Virus record (IMG/VR): IMGVR_UViG_3300032218_001507
Span: 1 to 61,850 of that record
Length of the DNA stretch: 61,850 nt
Reading direction: 5' to 3' (one strand)
Source: a virus
Taxonomy: Duplodnaviria > Caudoviricetes
Shown: positions 24,596 to 34,612 of the stretch, in pieces
Numbering within the stretch: the first letter of the stretch is position 1
Layout of the letters: each line of letters starts with the position of its first letter
Position numbers and translations under genes: made by a program
Notes under the pieces: model-generated
Databases searched by the model: none
What the model was told of the DNA's origin: nothing
The model's input: the letters and a program-made list of their open reading frames with translations, nothing else

Positions 24596-26215
24596 TTATT
24601 CCCCCTTTAAGAAGTTAAGAAGACTTCCTACTGTTAAGTCTACACCGCCTTTAACATTAATGCCTTCTCCATCCATTACAGCATCTGCAATGGCGTTTTT
24701 TTGCATTAACATTTGGTGTTGTCTTTCTTCAATAGAGCCTAGCACAAGAAAGTCCTGAATCACAACATGGCTCCACGTGCTAGAAGCACGCCGTATACGG
24801 GAATTACGTTGAACAGCCGTACCGGATGACCATGGCAAATCGTAGTTAACTAGTAAGTTAGCTTGAGGCAAATCTACCCCATACCCACCAGCATCTGAAG
24901 AAATAAGTACCCTAACGTCATTTAAAGTTTGAAATTCTGTTTTAGATTCTTCTTTTTCTTTGGCATTCATCGTGCCTGAATACAACCTGGTTTGAATTTT
25001 CTTTTTAGTAAGTATGTCTTGAATAAGGGGAAGCATACCCAAATAACAAGTAAAAATAACTACTTTGTGGTCTTCGTTAGCCTCTAAATGCTCAACAACA
25101 AAATCAATAACTGTTTTTAGTTTTTGAGATTTTTTTGTTTTTGCCAAGAGCCCAGAGTCCTCAAGCTGAGCAGCGTAAGCACTGCCACCCCTAGAGCCTT
25201 CCAAATTGACTTTTTCGCCATTTATATCCTGCCATCCATTATGAAACTTAGTTGAACTTTCAATTATAAGTTGTGGAGAGTCACACAACATCCTTAAAGA
25301 AGTTATTTTTGACATTATAGAACCCCGTAGTTTATCAGCTGGACTTCCTGGTTGATATCCATGACCGTAATGAGCGTCTAAAGAAAATGACCCACCCATA
25401 AGCTCTTGTGCCTCTAACAACTCGTGGATTAAATCTGAAGAAATGGTTTTATAAAGTTCTTTACTTGGTTTATCTAATTCTACAAGTATGGGTTCTAAAT
25501 GAATTGTTTCTGGAAGATAAGGCGCTACATCTGGGTCTTTTTGTGTTTTGCGCACCGCTACTTGTTTCATTTTTTCGTGAAATATAGGGAGGTTTCTATA
25601 CCTTTGAACTCCCCCAAAATGATTACGCACAATAAAAGTTTGGTCAAACAAATCAAACCGTCCAAGAGTATTTGGGTCTACAAATTGCATAATGGAATAC
25701 AACTCTTCTGGGCGCCCATTTTCAATAGGGGTACCGGTAAGAGCGTATTTAACCTTAACGTCTTTAGCTAACTTCTTTACATATTTTGAACGTTGTGATT
25801 TAAAACTTTTGATAGCTGTAGCTTCGTCGCAAACTACCGCTCCCCATTCATAGTCTTTAATCAAATCCCAATCATTAACTACTGCCTCATAATTACATAT
25901 GATGTAGTTTGCTTCTCCATCCCATTCATACGCCCGCATCCAACGTGTTGTTCTTGTAGATTTGGTACCATCAATAACTTCAGTTGTGGCGTCTGAAAAT
26001 TTATGTATTTCTTTCTCCCATTGGTACTTTAAACTAGAAAGAGCAATAACAAGAATAGGTTTATTAATTAACCCATCTTCTTTTAATTGTTCAATTGCAG
26101 CAATAGTCATGCAAGTTTTTCCAAGTCCCATCTCATATGCAACTAACATTTTTTTACGTTCTACCATTTTGGCTACTGCCTCAACCTGAAACGGTTTTAA
26201 AGTTTTTTTAAACAT
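24596..26215 (-). CDS. SNF2-family helicase/translocase
   Basis: EMGLGKT, DEAT, LTGTPIEN, KVVIF, AGGYGVDL, QRNSRIRR. Confidence 0.92.
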   Translation of the reverse strand: MFKKTLKPFQVEAVAKMVERKKMLVAYEMGLGKTCMTIAAIEQLKEDGLINKPILVIALSSLKYQWEKEIHKFSDATTEVIDGTKSTRTTRWMRAYEWDGEANYIICNYEAVVNDWDLIKDYEWGAVVCDEATAIKSFKSQRSKYVKKLAKDVKVKYALTGTPIENGRPEELYSIMQFVDPNTLGRFDLFDQTFIVRNHFGGVQRYRNLPIFHEKMKQVAVRKTQKDPDVAPYLPETIHLEPILVELDKPSKELYKTISSDLIHELLEAQELMGGSFSLDAHYGHGYQPGSPADKLRGSIMSKITSLRMLCDSPQLIIESSTKFHNGWQDINGEKVNLEGSRGGSAYAAQLEDSGLLAKTKKSQKLKTVIDFVVEHLEANEDHKVVIFTCYLGMLPLIQDILTKKKIQTRLYSGTMNAKEKEESKTEFQTLNDVRVLISSDAGGYGVDLPQANLLVNYDLPWSSGTAVQRNSRIRRASSTWSHVVIQDFLVLGSIEERQHQMLMQKNAIADAVMDGEGINVKGGVDLTVGSLLNFLKGE

Positions 26216-26387
26216 TAGGATTATCCACTGGAGTAACGACGGTTACTAACGCCCCACAATCATCGCAAACAGCGTCAGTAAACCATAATGCAATATCATA
26301 ATCTTCAAACATTGCTTTAATTTGAAAGACTAAATGCCCACAGTTAGGGCATGCATGAGTAGGTACACCCCGAGCATCTAAAACCAC
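26208..26387 (-). CDS. Small Zn-binding protein (59 aa, not in ORF track)
   Basis: MVLDARGVPTHACPNCG...CDDCG...TPVD; GTG start overlapping the primase end. Confidence 0.7.
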   Translation of the reverse strand: MVLDARGVPTHACPNCGHLVFQIKAMFEDYDIALWFTDAVCDDCGALVTVVTPVDNPNV

Positions 26388-27316
26388 GAATAGGCTGCCT
26401 TGCCATAAATCATGTCACGGGCAGTGTTAATTCCTTGTTGTATTTCGTTAGGTGTCATGTCTCCTGGGTCCTTAACATCAATGCCGGTGTAGTTAAAGTA
26501 TGACAGCTCAATTCCATACTTCCTAGCAAAGCCACGCATTAACTCATTGGCATGCATTCCTGCATCATCTTTATCAAAAGCTGCAATAACACGTTTAGCT
26601 CTGCGCATAATCTTTGCTTGGTCTTCGCTAATTATTGCGCCATATGTAGAGATGGCTCCAACAACACCAGCGGTAGTTAAACGAGCGACATCAAGCGGAG
26701 ACTCAACAACAACCAACGTCTCAGTAGACATAACTTCTACACCAAAAACAGTTTTAGATTTTTTAACACCCTGCGGCTGGTTACGAAAGAACCGACCACG
26801 AGCTCCCTTTTCTTGCCATCCCCAAAGACTGTAATCGTTAGGGTCGCGTATTGGGACAATCCAAGCGTTGTTGTTAATATCCCATAAAACATTGTGATGT
26901 TTTGCAGCTTCTGCATTTATAAATCTTTTTCGTAATTCTTTTTCTGGTGGGTCTGTAAAAACTGCAAGACGAGCCTCAGACATAGAAAGAACTTCATCAA
27001 TGGAGACATACTGTGGCAATTCACGGATACGCTTTAACAGTATATCTACATCTAACTCAGTACTGGAATCCACATAGTCTTTGGCATCAAAGTAATCAAT
27101 CCCTTTAATATCAGCAACCAATGTGTATACGTTGCCCTTGTAACCACAAGAAAAGCAGATGTGTGCTCCTGTTACAGAGTTAATCCACCATGACGGATTG
27201 TGGTCTTCCTTACCAGTACGAGCTTTATGCATAGGACAAAGTCCCTGCACTTCATCTCCCCTTTGAGCAACTAGAGGAATGTCTAAATTAAGAAGTACTT
27301 TCTCAACATCAACCAT
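26378..27316 (-). CDS. dnaG: DNA primase (CHC2 Zn finger + TOPRIM)
   Basis: CPMH...CFSCG; VVESPLD; AFDKDDAG; KDPGD. Confidence 0.92.
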   Translation of the reverse strand: MVDVEKVLLNLDIPLVAQRGDEVQGLCPMHKARTGKEDHNPSWWINSVTGAHICFSCGYKGNVYTLVADIKGIDYFDAKDYVDSSTELDVDILLKRIRELPQYVSIDEVLSMSEARLAVFTDPPEKELRKRFINAEAAKHHNVLWDINNNAWIVPIRDPNDYSLWGWQEKGARGRFFRNQPQGVKKSKTVFGVEVMSTETLVVVESPLDVARLTTAGVVGAISTYGAIISEDQAKIMRRAKRVIAAFDKDDAGMHANELMRGFARKYGIELSYFNYTGIDVKDPGDMTPNEIQQGINTARDMIYGKAAYSWF

Positions 27317-28562
27317 TGCCGCCCCAATTAGAACAGTATGGGCACTTCATCATCTCTGATTCATCGTGGAAACAACCTGTTTCCCATTTCCATGTAAGAG
27401 ATGTTTCTTTTGGTGGGCAGTTACGAGAAGCAACTACCTTTAGTAAACGAATAGAATCGTCCTCCTCCACAGGCTCAAGTCCCAGGATTACATCAGAGTC
27501 CTGGAAGAAGGACGAAGAATAACCAATGGAATCAGCGGTAACTTTGCCCGCACGCATTTTCCACAGGAGGGTTTGAGTGGTAATAACAATTGGTAAATTA
27601 ACTTTTTGTGCAAGACGTTTTAAAGCACGAGTAATGTTTGTGATTGCTTGTGGCGTGTTCATTTCACCAGTCAAATCATCCAGCATCAAATAAACGCCAT
27701 CTACAAAAACTATGTCTGGTTTAAGTTGTTCAATCTTTGCTGATAAAGCAGAGACAGTAATTCCATTAACTGCGTCAACTAAATGAAAGGGATGCTCATT
27801 CTCCATAAGATTCAACATGTCTATATAACGACGTTCTTCTTCTGGTAATAGCTTTCCTCTGCGCAATCTTCCATGGTCAATGTGAGACCGCATCGCGTCG
27901 TGACGTTGCTGTTGCTCATGGTTATTCATCTCAAAAGATTGAAACATAGGTATCTTACCTAGTTTGTGCACATTAATTGCTATCTGCAATGCCACCTGAG
28001 ATTTACCTGTTTTAGGTGGCGCAATAATAGTTACAAGTTGACCTCCTTGTAATCCTGCAGTTGCTTCATCAATGTCTTTAAACCCTGTAGGCAAACCAAG
28101 AAACTCTTGATTTTGAATTGCTTGATATTCTTTGTAACGTTCCTCAGTATTTTTAGTAAGGTCAATTTCATGAGTACCAAGAACACCTTGTTCATTAACT
28201 TTGGAAACTGTTTGTTCCATTGCACGAAGTGCTGATTCATGGTCGTTATCTTGTAATTGTTCAACAGCAGTTTCTAATCCTTGACGTGTAAGTAAACGAC
28301 GACGAAAATCAACCATTGTGTCCAACAAATAATCCATGCTGTCTTCAACGTTAAGAACCTTATAATTTGGATAGTGGTCTAAAACAGTCGTTGCAGTAGG
28401 TACTTCGCTGTACTCGCTATAATGCTTTCTTACAAACGCCCACACTTTACGGTTGTCATCATCAAGAAACCAAACATCAGTGATGCCCCGTTGTAGTACA
28501 GAAGTAATCTCACGTTCTTTGATTACTTTACTGACTAATCTGTGTTCGTTATCTGCTGCCAC
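27309..28562 (-). CDS. dnaB: DnaB-like replicative helicase
   Basis: PTGFxxID, Walker A APPKTGKS, SFEM, FVDG, QDSDVILGL. Confidence 0.93.
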   Translation of the reverse strand: MAADNEHRLVSKVIKEREITSVLQRGITDVWFLDDDNRKVWAFVRKHYSEYSEVPTATTVLDHYPNYKVLNVEDSMDYLLDTMVDFRRRLLTRQGLETAVEQLQDNDHESALRAMEQTVSKVNEQGVLGTHEIDLTKNTEERYKEYQAIQNQEFLGLPTGFKDIDEATAGLQGGQLVTIIAPPKTGKSQVALQIAINVHKLGKIPMFQSFEMNNHEQQQRHDAMRSHIDHGRLRRGKLLPEEERRYIDMLNLMENEHPFHLVDAVNGITVSALSAKIEQLKPDIVFVDGVYLMLDDLTGEMNTPQAITNITRALKRLAQKVNLPIVITTQTLLWKMRAGKVTADSIGYSSSFFQDSDVILGLEPVEEDDSIRLLKVVASRNCPPKETSLTWKWETGCFHDESEMMKCPYCSNWGGNG

Positions 28563-28679
28563 TTACTTCCACCGTTCTCCGCATGATTGACACTGTAAAT
28601 ATGAGTTTCCGTTTACATAAATTCTTTCAACAACATGGGCATGACACATTGGACAATTGGTATTTGCAACACTGAACAT
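28563..28679 (-). CDS. Small Zn-ribbon protein (38 aa, not in ORF track)
   Basis: CPMC...CQSCGERWK; ggagg SD. Confidence 0.6.
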   Translation of the reverse strand: MFSVANTNCPMCHAHVVERIYVNGNSYLQCQSCGERWK

Positions 28680-28697
28680 AACGCCCTCCCTCAAGGA

Positions 28698-29114
28698 CTA
28701 GATATTGTCTAGTTGTACTCCTGCTGAGCCGTACATAGCAACTCGGCCTGGTACATCTATGACTGCCCTTAGATTAGCACGATAAGGCAGTCCACCCACA
28801 ATCTCGTGTGGGCTTTCGTAAAGTTGCCAGTAGTTAAAGGGGTTTACAGCACGACGCTCTAACTTTTCAAAGGCTTTGTCAAGCAGTTCTTCTGTCCAAC
28901 CCTCATCTTCAAAACCTGCTAGCTCTAAAGAAATTCCATAGTTGTTTCCCATTGTCCACAGCTTGTTAGCGACAAGTAAATCTACGTTACCTATGCGTGC
29001 AATCTTCTTTTTGGTTAAAAGACGTTTTTCTTCTTCAACCTCAAGAGTTAAAAGAAGTGTGGCTGTAACGATGACCTGTGGTGAGGAGACGTTTGAAATG
29101 TCTCCGCCTATCAT
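28698..29114 (-). CDS. Hypothetical protein
   Basis: ATGA-coupled ORF in the replication operon. Confidence 0.7.
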   Translation of the reverse strand: MIGGDISNVSSPQVIVTATLLLTLEVEEEKRLLTKKKIARIGNVDLLVANKLWTMGNNYGISLELAGFEDEGWTEELLDKAFEKLERRAVNPFNYWQLYESPHEIVGGLPYRANLRAVIDVPGRVAMYGSAGVQLDNI

Positions 29115-29416
29115 AAAACTTCTATCGTTGCGTAGTTGACTACAAATTCACGAAACTTAGCTGGGTCTTGACTTGCTTCAGCAGCCCATTCTTCAGGAAC
29201 ACTAACAGGTACATTGATAGAGTAATGCCCAGTATTTTTAATTTTTGAATCTACAAAATGCGTGTGTTTGCAAAGCTGTTTCTTTTTAAACACAGGACAG
29301 TTACAGCGAGTTGCCTTGGTGTCGGTTTTCATTTCTACTTCAAAAATACCAACACCCTGAGCAGAAATAAACTGTTGGATTGTCATCCATTCAGAATCCA
29401 CTTGGGGTCCTTTCAC
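29111..29416 (-). CDS. SWIM-type Zn-finger protein
   Basis: CNCPVF...CKH. Confidence 0.7.
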   Translation of the reverse strand: MKGPQVDSEWMTIQQFISAQGVGIFEVEMKTDTKATRCNCPVFKKKQLCKHTHFVDSKIKNTGHYSINVPVSVPEEWAAEASQDPAKFREFVVNYATIEVL

Positions 29417-30135
29417 TGTGCGCCTCGTAAGTCTGAGCCTAGTATAGGAACTCTTATGAAGGCTTCGTTAGCGAAACTCGCCATGGCTTCACTGTACTGT
29501 GTTTCCCAGTTTTCTAAACGAACATTGGTAGTAACGATGGTTGGAAGGCCTTTGTCATAGCGCAAACGCAATATTTCATCAAAAGAAGTGTCGTCATACT
29601 TAGAACCATATTCTTTACCTAAATCATCCAAGATAAGAATACGTACGTTTAACCAGTCAAAACGGCAACGACCATGAAACCCGTCTAGTTCATACATCAT
29701 TTCACGTTTGTCAACACCTTCCATATCAAAAGTTGACTTTTTACGGGCAAGAAATTCTGGGTAAGTCATGTAGTAAATGGGACGAAAACCAAGCCCGTAC
29801 TCAGTTTGTTTACCGTGCAAAATTGCTGCTGCTTTTAACTCGTCCTCTGGAAGATTACGAACAACCTCCATAGCTGCAACAACAGCATGGGTTGTTTTAC
29901 CTAAACCAGGACCCCCATCAAATACAAGCCCCACACCGTTTGTCCCAATGTTTCCAATGCTTTGAATTACGTGCCCTGACGCAACATCATCTAACCAATT
30001 TTTAATTTCGTCTGGAAACAAACCCATCTTTTCAGTAATATCACTAGGTTCTAACCCAATAAATCTGCGTGGGATGTTTGACGTTCTTAATAACCAATGT
30101 TTCTTTAGTGGTGACAATCCGTTGATGTCATACAT
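29413..30135 (-). CDS. DnaC/IstB-like AAA+ ATPase (helicase loader)
   Basis: IPRRF, GGPGLGKT, LILDDLGKE, RYDKGLPTIVTTN; start at ATG 30135. Confidence 0.88.
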   Translation of the reverse strand: MYDINGLSPLKKHWLLRTSNIPRRFIGLEPSDITEKMGLFPDEIKNWLDDVASGHVIQSIGNIGTNGVGLVFDGGPGLGKTTHAVVAAMEVVRNLPEDELKAAAILHGKQTEYGLGFRPIYYMTYPEFLARKKSTFDMEGVDKREMMYELDGFHGRCRFDWLNVRILILDDLGKEYGSKYDDTSFDEILRLRYDKGLPTIVTTNVRLENWETQYSEAMASFANEAFIRVPILGSDLRGAQ

Positions 30136-30289
30136 CTTTTTGGCCCTCTTCCAATGTTTCAATTAATGCTTGTAATTTTTCAGTATCCGTTATGCGAAAC
30201 CTTGCCTCTAAGTTCTCATCGTACTCAACTGAAACAAGCCCCAATTCGTATAAACGCATCAGGGCTTGTTCAAGTTCTTCTTCTTCCAC
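30128..30289 (-). CDS. Small acidic hypothetical protein (53 aa, not in ORF track)
   Basis: GTG directly after the previous stop; MEEEELEQALMRLYELGLV... Confidence 0.55.
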   Translation of the reverse strand: MEEEELEQALMRLYELGLVSVEYDENLEARFRITDTEKLQALIETLEEGQKDV

Positions 30290-30412
30290 TTACTTGGCTT
30301 CGTTTTCCTTAAGCCATGAAGCAAATGCAATTTGTGTTTCTTCTTCTGGTACTGAGTTTTCTTCTAAATACTCTAGAAAATCAGCGTCTAACATTAAGTT
30401 GTCTGTGCTCAT
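30290..30412 (-). CDS. Small acidic hypothetical protein (40 aa, not in ORF track)
   Basis: ATGA overlap; MSTDNLMLDADFLEYLEEN... Confidence 0.55.
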   Translation of the reverse strand: MSTDNLMLDADFLEYLEENSVPEEETQIAFASWLKENEAK

Positions 30413-30717
30413 GCTTTGAACTCCAATACTCCAACAAATGCTGTTGGTTTCTCTGTTGTCTTATCAATCTTAGTCGGTTCCATCTTGACACTCTTGCGAG
30501 GAGTCATCGCTAGTACCTGAGACTTAATCCAACGCTTACCTGCTGATGCATTTTTCCATGCTGCTTCTGCACTTACAGCATCTGCTGGTTGCATTGAGTT
30601 TGGATTATCACTATCAATTGCTGGAGTAAGAAGGCTGACGTTAGCCAACCATGCGCCACCTTGTTCGGTGTTTAATGTAAGTGTTGCTGTGAACTTCTTT
30701 GTTATCTTTTTTGCCAC
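30409..30717 (-). CDS. Hypothetical protein
   Basis: ggagg SD; GTG start. Confidence 0.75.
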   Translation of the reverse strand: MAKKITKKFTATLTLNTEQGGAWLANVSLLTPAIDSDNPNSMQPADAVSAEAAWKNASAGKRWIKSQVLAMTPRKSVKMEPTKIDKTTEKPTAFVGVLEFKA

Positions 30718-30797
30718 TTTTTAAATCCTCCCAGGATTAGATTTGTTCCAATAAGTGTGCTGAGTATTAGAAGTAAGTAACCAAGTACTTCCTTCAC
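30702..30797 (-). CDS. Single-pass membrane peptide (31 aa, not in ORF track)
   Basis: aaggaggt SD; GTGA overlap; MKEVLGYLLLILSTLIGTNLILGGFKKWQKR. Confidence 0.55.
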   Translation of the reverse strand: MKEVLGYLLLILSTLIGTNLILGGFKKWQKR

Positions 30798-31768
30798 TTT
30801 ACCTCCTTCAAACGCTTTTCATGACGTTCTAGTTGTGCACGACCAGAAAGCGAGTTCTGGAAGGTACGACCATCACTTGCCAAGAGCCTATCAGAAGCTT
30901 TAGTAGTTTCTATCTTAGCCGTTACTTTGTTAAGCCCTAAATTTTCTCGTGCTTGGTTCATCTTGGTGCCAAAAGACGCAAGGTACTTCTTGTAAAGCAA
31001 AGGTGCCTCGTCGCCAATGTCTTTGAAGTTACGCTCATCGCCCATGAACAGGCGTAACAACTCAAGCTCTATAAGCGGGGTTGTGGCGTACTGGGTTCTG
31101 AACTTTCTAAGGGCGCCCGATAATTGTTTGACGCTAACAGTTCCCGGGAGAAGAGGATATTTGCGCCCGACCTGGTAACTAAACTCAGCAGCAACGTCCA
31201 TGGCAGTCCATTCATGCTCTGGTCTCTTACCACGGGTTTTGGGGTCGGACTTTCTAATCGTTGGCTGCGGTGCATCCTTCGGTTCAACAAGACCAAAGCC
31301 TGCCAGAGAGTCTGCATCATCTTCCCATTTTCTCATAGGAACCTTAATCTCCTTTGTGAAACCTTTGGTTTCAGATTCTTTTAATTTATTACTATTAGCT
31401 ATTTGGCTATTAGGTACTAATGGCTTATAGCTAGGATGGCTAATGTAACTATTAGCCACATAGTCATGTGAGGTGCGGTAATTTTTTACCGTTTGGTTAT
31501 CCACAGTGCGGTAATTTTTTACCAAGATAAGTTTCTTGCCTTGATAACCGTTAGCCCGTTTGGTGGATTGAGTGGCTATGAGCTCTGCCTTCTCCAAACC
31601 CTTGAGGGCGCTACGGACCGTCTTGTCACTTAACTTGCCACTCTCTGCACAGAGCTCTGCTACTGAGGCCTGTACGAGGCCTCCAGGCCCCGCTAAACGG
31701 CATAAAATAGCCAGCAGTCGGAACTGGAAATCCGAGATGTTGGCTGTAAAAGCCTCAGGTGGCATCAT
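30794..31768 (-). CDS. Replication initiator (N-terminal winged HTH, internal iterons)
   Basis: wHTH (SVAELCAESG.LSDKTVRSALKGLEKAELI); repeated VKNYRT linker; upstream of DnaC-like/DnaB/primase, as in lambda-O-type modules. Confidence 0.75.
   Translation of the reverse strand: MMPPEAFTANISDFQFRLLAILCRLAGPGGLVQASVAELCAESGKLSDKTVRSALKGLEKAELIATQSTKRANGYQGKKLILVKNYRTVDNQTVKNYRTSHDYVANSYISHPSYKPLVPNSQIANSNKLKESETKGFTKEIKVPMRKWEDDADSLAGFGLVEPKDAPQPTIRKSDPKTRGKRPEHEWTAMDVAAEFSYQVGRKYPLLPGTVSVKQLSGALRKFRTQYATTPLIELELLRLFMGDERNFKDIGDEAPLLYKKYLASFGTKMNQARENLGLNKVTAKIETTKASDRLLASDGRTFQNSLSGRAQLERHEKRLKEVK
31395..31523. other. Putative replication origin: two 18-bp iterons flanking a perfect DnaA box, plus an adjacent AT-rich tract
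   Basis: gtgcggtaattttttacc at 31473-31490 and 31506-31523; TTATCCACA at 31497-31505; tagc/gcta-rich AT segment around 31380-31465. Confidence 0.7.
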
Positions 31769-31771
31769 AAG

Positions 31772-32365
31772 CTAATCGTCCAAGTCGTCAAAAGGTGAAA
31801 TGTTTTTCTTTTGTTGGTTGAGTATGTGCTCCATGACTGCCTCACCTAGTGACTCCATAACCGTAGTGGCTACGTAAGCTGCCAGCATATCTACTAAAAC
31901 ATCAACTGTTTTGTGGATGGTGTCATGAAGGTCGTCTGGGTCCATGTTTGTAAAGGGGTCGTCATCAATCTCAATGGGGTCTAACCCATCTGTTATATCC
32001 CAAACATCTAATGCCAAATCTTCCAAGGTATGCAAGACCAAGTGGTCACCCATGGTATCTAACCAAACAATGCCAACTGCATCTCCTGGCGAAAGTTGGT
32101 GCAAAACTTCTTGGATGGGGTCATCTGCAATGACTACCTTGGTTGCTTGATAACCGATGAAAGACATGTGGCTGATGTCCTTAGTGTAAGCAGTTACCTT
32201 AACCTTGTTCTCAATGCAGTTGCGTATTACTGACTGAGAAAAATCATCTTGACGTGCCTTTACAGGAAAAATAATCTCGGGAGATTGTTCAGAGTATTTA
32301 GTGATTAGTTGGTCAACGCCTCGTGCAACATCTAAATTGTCTTCTGAAAAAATAGCAATCTTCAT
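31772..32365 (-). CDS. Acidic hypothetical protein
   Basis: 197 aa ORF, tight packing. Confidence 0.7.
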   Translation of the reverse strand: MKIAIFSEDNLDVARGVDQLITKYSEQSPEIIFPVKARQDDFSQSVIRNCIENKVKVTAYTKDISHMSFIGYQATKVVIADDPIQEVLHQLSPGDAVGIVWLDTMGDHLVLHTLEDLALDVWDITDGLDPIEIDDDPFTNMDPDDLHDTIHKTVDVLVDMLAAYVATTVMESLGEAVMEHILNQQKKNISPFDDLDD

Positions 32366-32644
32366 TTAAATCCTAGGTGTATTACGTCTGGAAGCATTGA
32401 TAACAACTGGTTTATTAATGAATTTATTTAACATTAAAACAACAAAAGCAATTGCAGGTATAGCAACTATAGATTTTTTATCCAAAGAGTAAAAGCACAT
32501 CAATGCGCCAATACTAAGCGGCAACGAAAAAACGCTATAGATGCGTTCCTTATTAAAAAACAATCCTAAACCAAGTGAGATTAACTCAATGGTAAAAGTG
32601 ACAGCAATTCCTGAAAGAAAGACAGCTATGAGTAGGTTAACCAT
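32366..32644 (-). CDS. Small 3-TM membrane protein (holin-like candidate)
   Basis: Three hydrophobic segments and a basic C-terminus; leaderless TAGGAT-N6-ATG start. Confidence 0.55.
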   Translation of the reverse strand: MVNLLIAVFLSGIAVTFTIELISLGLGLFFNKERIYSVFSLPLSIGALMCFYSLDKKSIVAIPAIAFVVLMLNKFINKPVVINASRRNTPRI

Positions 32645-32653
32645 GCGGGCATC

Positions 32654-34606
32654 CTACACGGTCAGATTGTTATATTCCTCTTTAGCCGGGGTGATGATTC
32701 GCCACCAAGCATTCATAGGTACCCAATCATTAAGGGTTCCAGCTAACCTTGGAATCTTGACTAGTTTACTTGGATAAAGTAAAGTAGAGGAAGCATGAGG
32801 TGTTCCCGCCCAGACAGCGCCAAACTGTTCTGGCATTGAGCCGTCAAAGTAATCGGTAGCTTCATAGGTGTCTTCTGCTTGAATCAAATCTAAGTACAGA
32901 GTCCCTGCTGTTCCAGAAAACTTTAGTTCTGCGTAGCTTGCTGTTGAGTCAGAGGGTATAAGTCCACTTATAGAGTTCCTCATCCACGTTGTCATGATGC
33001 TGTGAGTATCAGTAAAAGAGAATAACAAAGTGTCGTTTAAGTCATAAACATCAAGAGACATATTCATAGAAGTCATGTCTGTTGATTTAGAGTACATAGA
33101 TGCAGTGATGTAAGAGCCTGGGTCAACTGGAATTTTGTCAACAGTTTTTATTGACCAATCTCCAGCAGCTACAAACTTTCCACTATATGTTCCGGAATAA
33201 CCATCTGTAGGAACGTCACTTTCTTGGCTAAACGTTGCTCCAGTTACCGTCCATGTTGAAGCATCTACTTCAAATGAAGGGTTCTTAATGTAATTTTCTT
33301 TTTTAGGATTAAGAAGCAATGTAATTGCACGAGCTTCGTCGTAGGTAACTGTGTCTCCAAGTTGAGCGCTTACTTGGTCAACATAATAAGTTCCAGCAGC
33401 ACTGTAAGAAATTTTAAGAATAGCGTAACTAGATGTAGCATCAGTAGTTGCTGTAACACTTGTTGTTTTCCACGTGTTGTTTGCTGCTGTAGCGGTTCCA
33501 GAATGGTATGAAGAAGTTGAGTTACCATCTTTATCAAAGAATTGAACAGATATTGTAATTGTTCCAGCACTTGAAGGAGACTTTAGGTAACAGCCAAAAG
33601 TGTATTGAGTACTTGCGTTTACTGGTATTCCTTTTGTTATTGGGGATGATGCACCTAAAATCATACTTCCAGAACTAGCTGCTGTAATTTTGCAGGTATA
33701 AGTAGTGTCAATTTGATTACTAGTTGTAGCAGGTACTATATTTGTAGCTGGTTCAATTGTTGCTCCTGTTGCTACCCAATTACCAACAGAGTTATAAAAG
33801 GTAGAATCTTGAACGGTCAAGAGTAGGTTGGGAGAAACAGTTGCAACAGGTGGGTAACCAGTTAACGACTCTGCATAGTCTTCAATGCCAAGTTTTAATC
33901 CACGATGGCTATACATATAAAAAGCTTCACGAATTAAACGACGTTGATTTATAGCTGGTATGTTTGGTTCAATAGATAAGCCAACGTTTAAATCTTCGCC
34001 AGGTATTGTTGAGTAACTTGCTTTGTCTACTCCATGAGTTGGACGAATTAACTCTAAATCTGTTAACCATTCTTCATAAGTAAATGCAAATCCATCTAAA
34101 AATTTGTAGATAGCAGAGTCTGGAGAAACAGTGCCTAATGGACTAATCTGTTCACTGGTTAACACTCGTGGCAAAAGGTTTAAAAGTTTTTCTGTAGCGC
34201 CAGTATCTTTTGGTACAACTCCTGTTGTAGACCCAGCTTTAACCCAAATTTTTGCATTAGTAAATAAAAAAACACTGTAATAAACTTGACGTCCTGATTC
34301 AATACCAACTTGTCCTAGGTTTTCTTCTCCATCAAAAAAGTAATTTCTTGTTACTTGACCACTAATGTTAGAACCGTCTGCAGAACTTTGCTCAAATACA
34401 ACATAACCATCTTCTGCTGTTTCTGGAAATCCATTTTGATTTCTTATAAGGCGAAACTTAGAAAAGTTACCATTAGGGGGTTGCCAATAAACATATGCCA
34501 CATGAAAGTCAATAACTTGCACCGACATTGGCGCAACAGAATAAGCAATCTTAGGAGTTTCACCGTAAGTAGCTCCGTGGTATACAACGTTGCCGTATTT
34601 AGCCAT
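32654..34606 (-). CDS. Baseplate/tail protein with carbohydrate-binding-module-like domains
   Basis: LLNLLP...FLDGFA...RRLIREA...Y..RG tail-I-like segment; NLL...STF...W and NYIKNPSFE...W CBM4/9-like repeats. Confidence 0.7.
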   Translation of the reverse strand: MAKYGNVVYHGATYGETPKIAYSVAPMSVQVIDFHVAYVYWQPPNGNFSKFRLIRNQNGFPETAEDGYVVFEQSSADGSNISGQVTRNYFFDGEENLGQVGIESGRQVYYSVFLFTNAKIWVKAGSTTGVVPKDTGATEKLLNLLPRVLTSEQISPLGTVSPDSAIYKFLDGFAFTYEEWLTDLELIRPTHGVDKASYSTIPGEDLNVGLSIEPNIPAINQRRLIREAFYMYSHRGLKLGIEDYAESLTGYPPVATVSPNLLLTVQDSTFYNSVGNWVATGATIEPATNIVPATTSNQIDTTYTCKITAASSGSMILGASSPITKGIPVNASTQYTFGCYLKSPSSAGTITISVQFFDKDGNSTSSYHSGTATAANNTWKTTSVTATTDATSSYAILKISYSAAGTYYVDQVSAQLGDTVTYDEARAITLLLNPKKENYIKNPSFEVDASTWTVTGATFSQESDVPTDGYSGTYSGKFVAAGDWSIKTVDKIPVDPGSYITASMYSKSTDMTSMNMSLDVYDLNDTLLFSFTDTHSIMTTWMRNSISGLIPSDSTASYAELKFSGTAGTLYLDLIQAEDTYEATDYFDGSMPEQFGAVWAGTPHASSTLLYPSKLVKIPRLAGTLNDWVPMNAWWRIITPAKEEYNNLTV

Positions 34607-34612
34607 GGGGTA

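Noticed and set aside
5124-28562. Inteins or introns in nrdJ, recA, polA or dnaB
   Set aside because: Lengths are normal, motifs are contiguous and no C...HN splice signatures or LAGLIDADG inserts were seen
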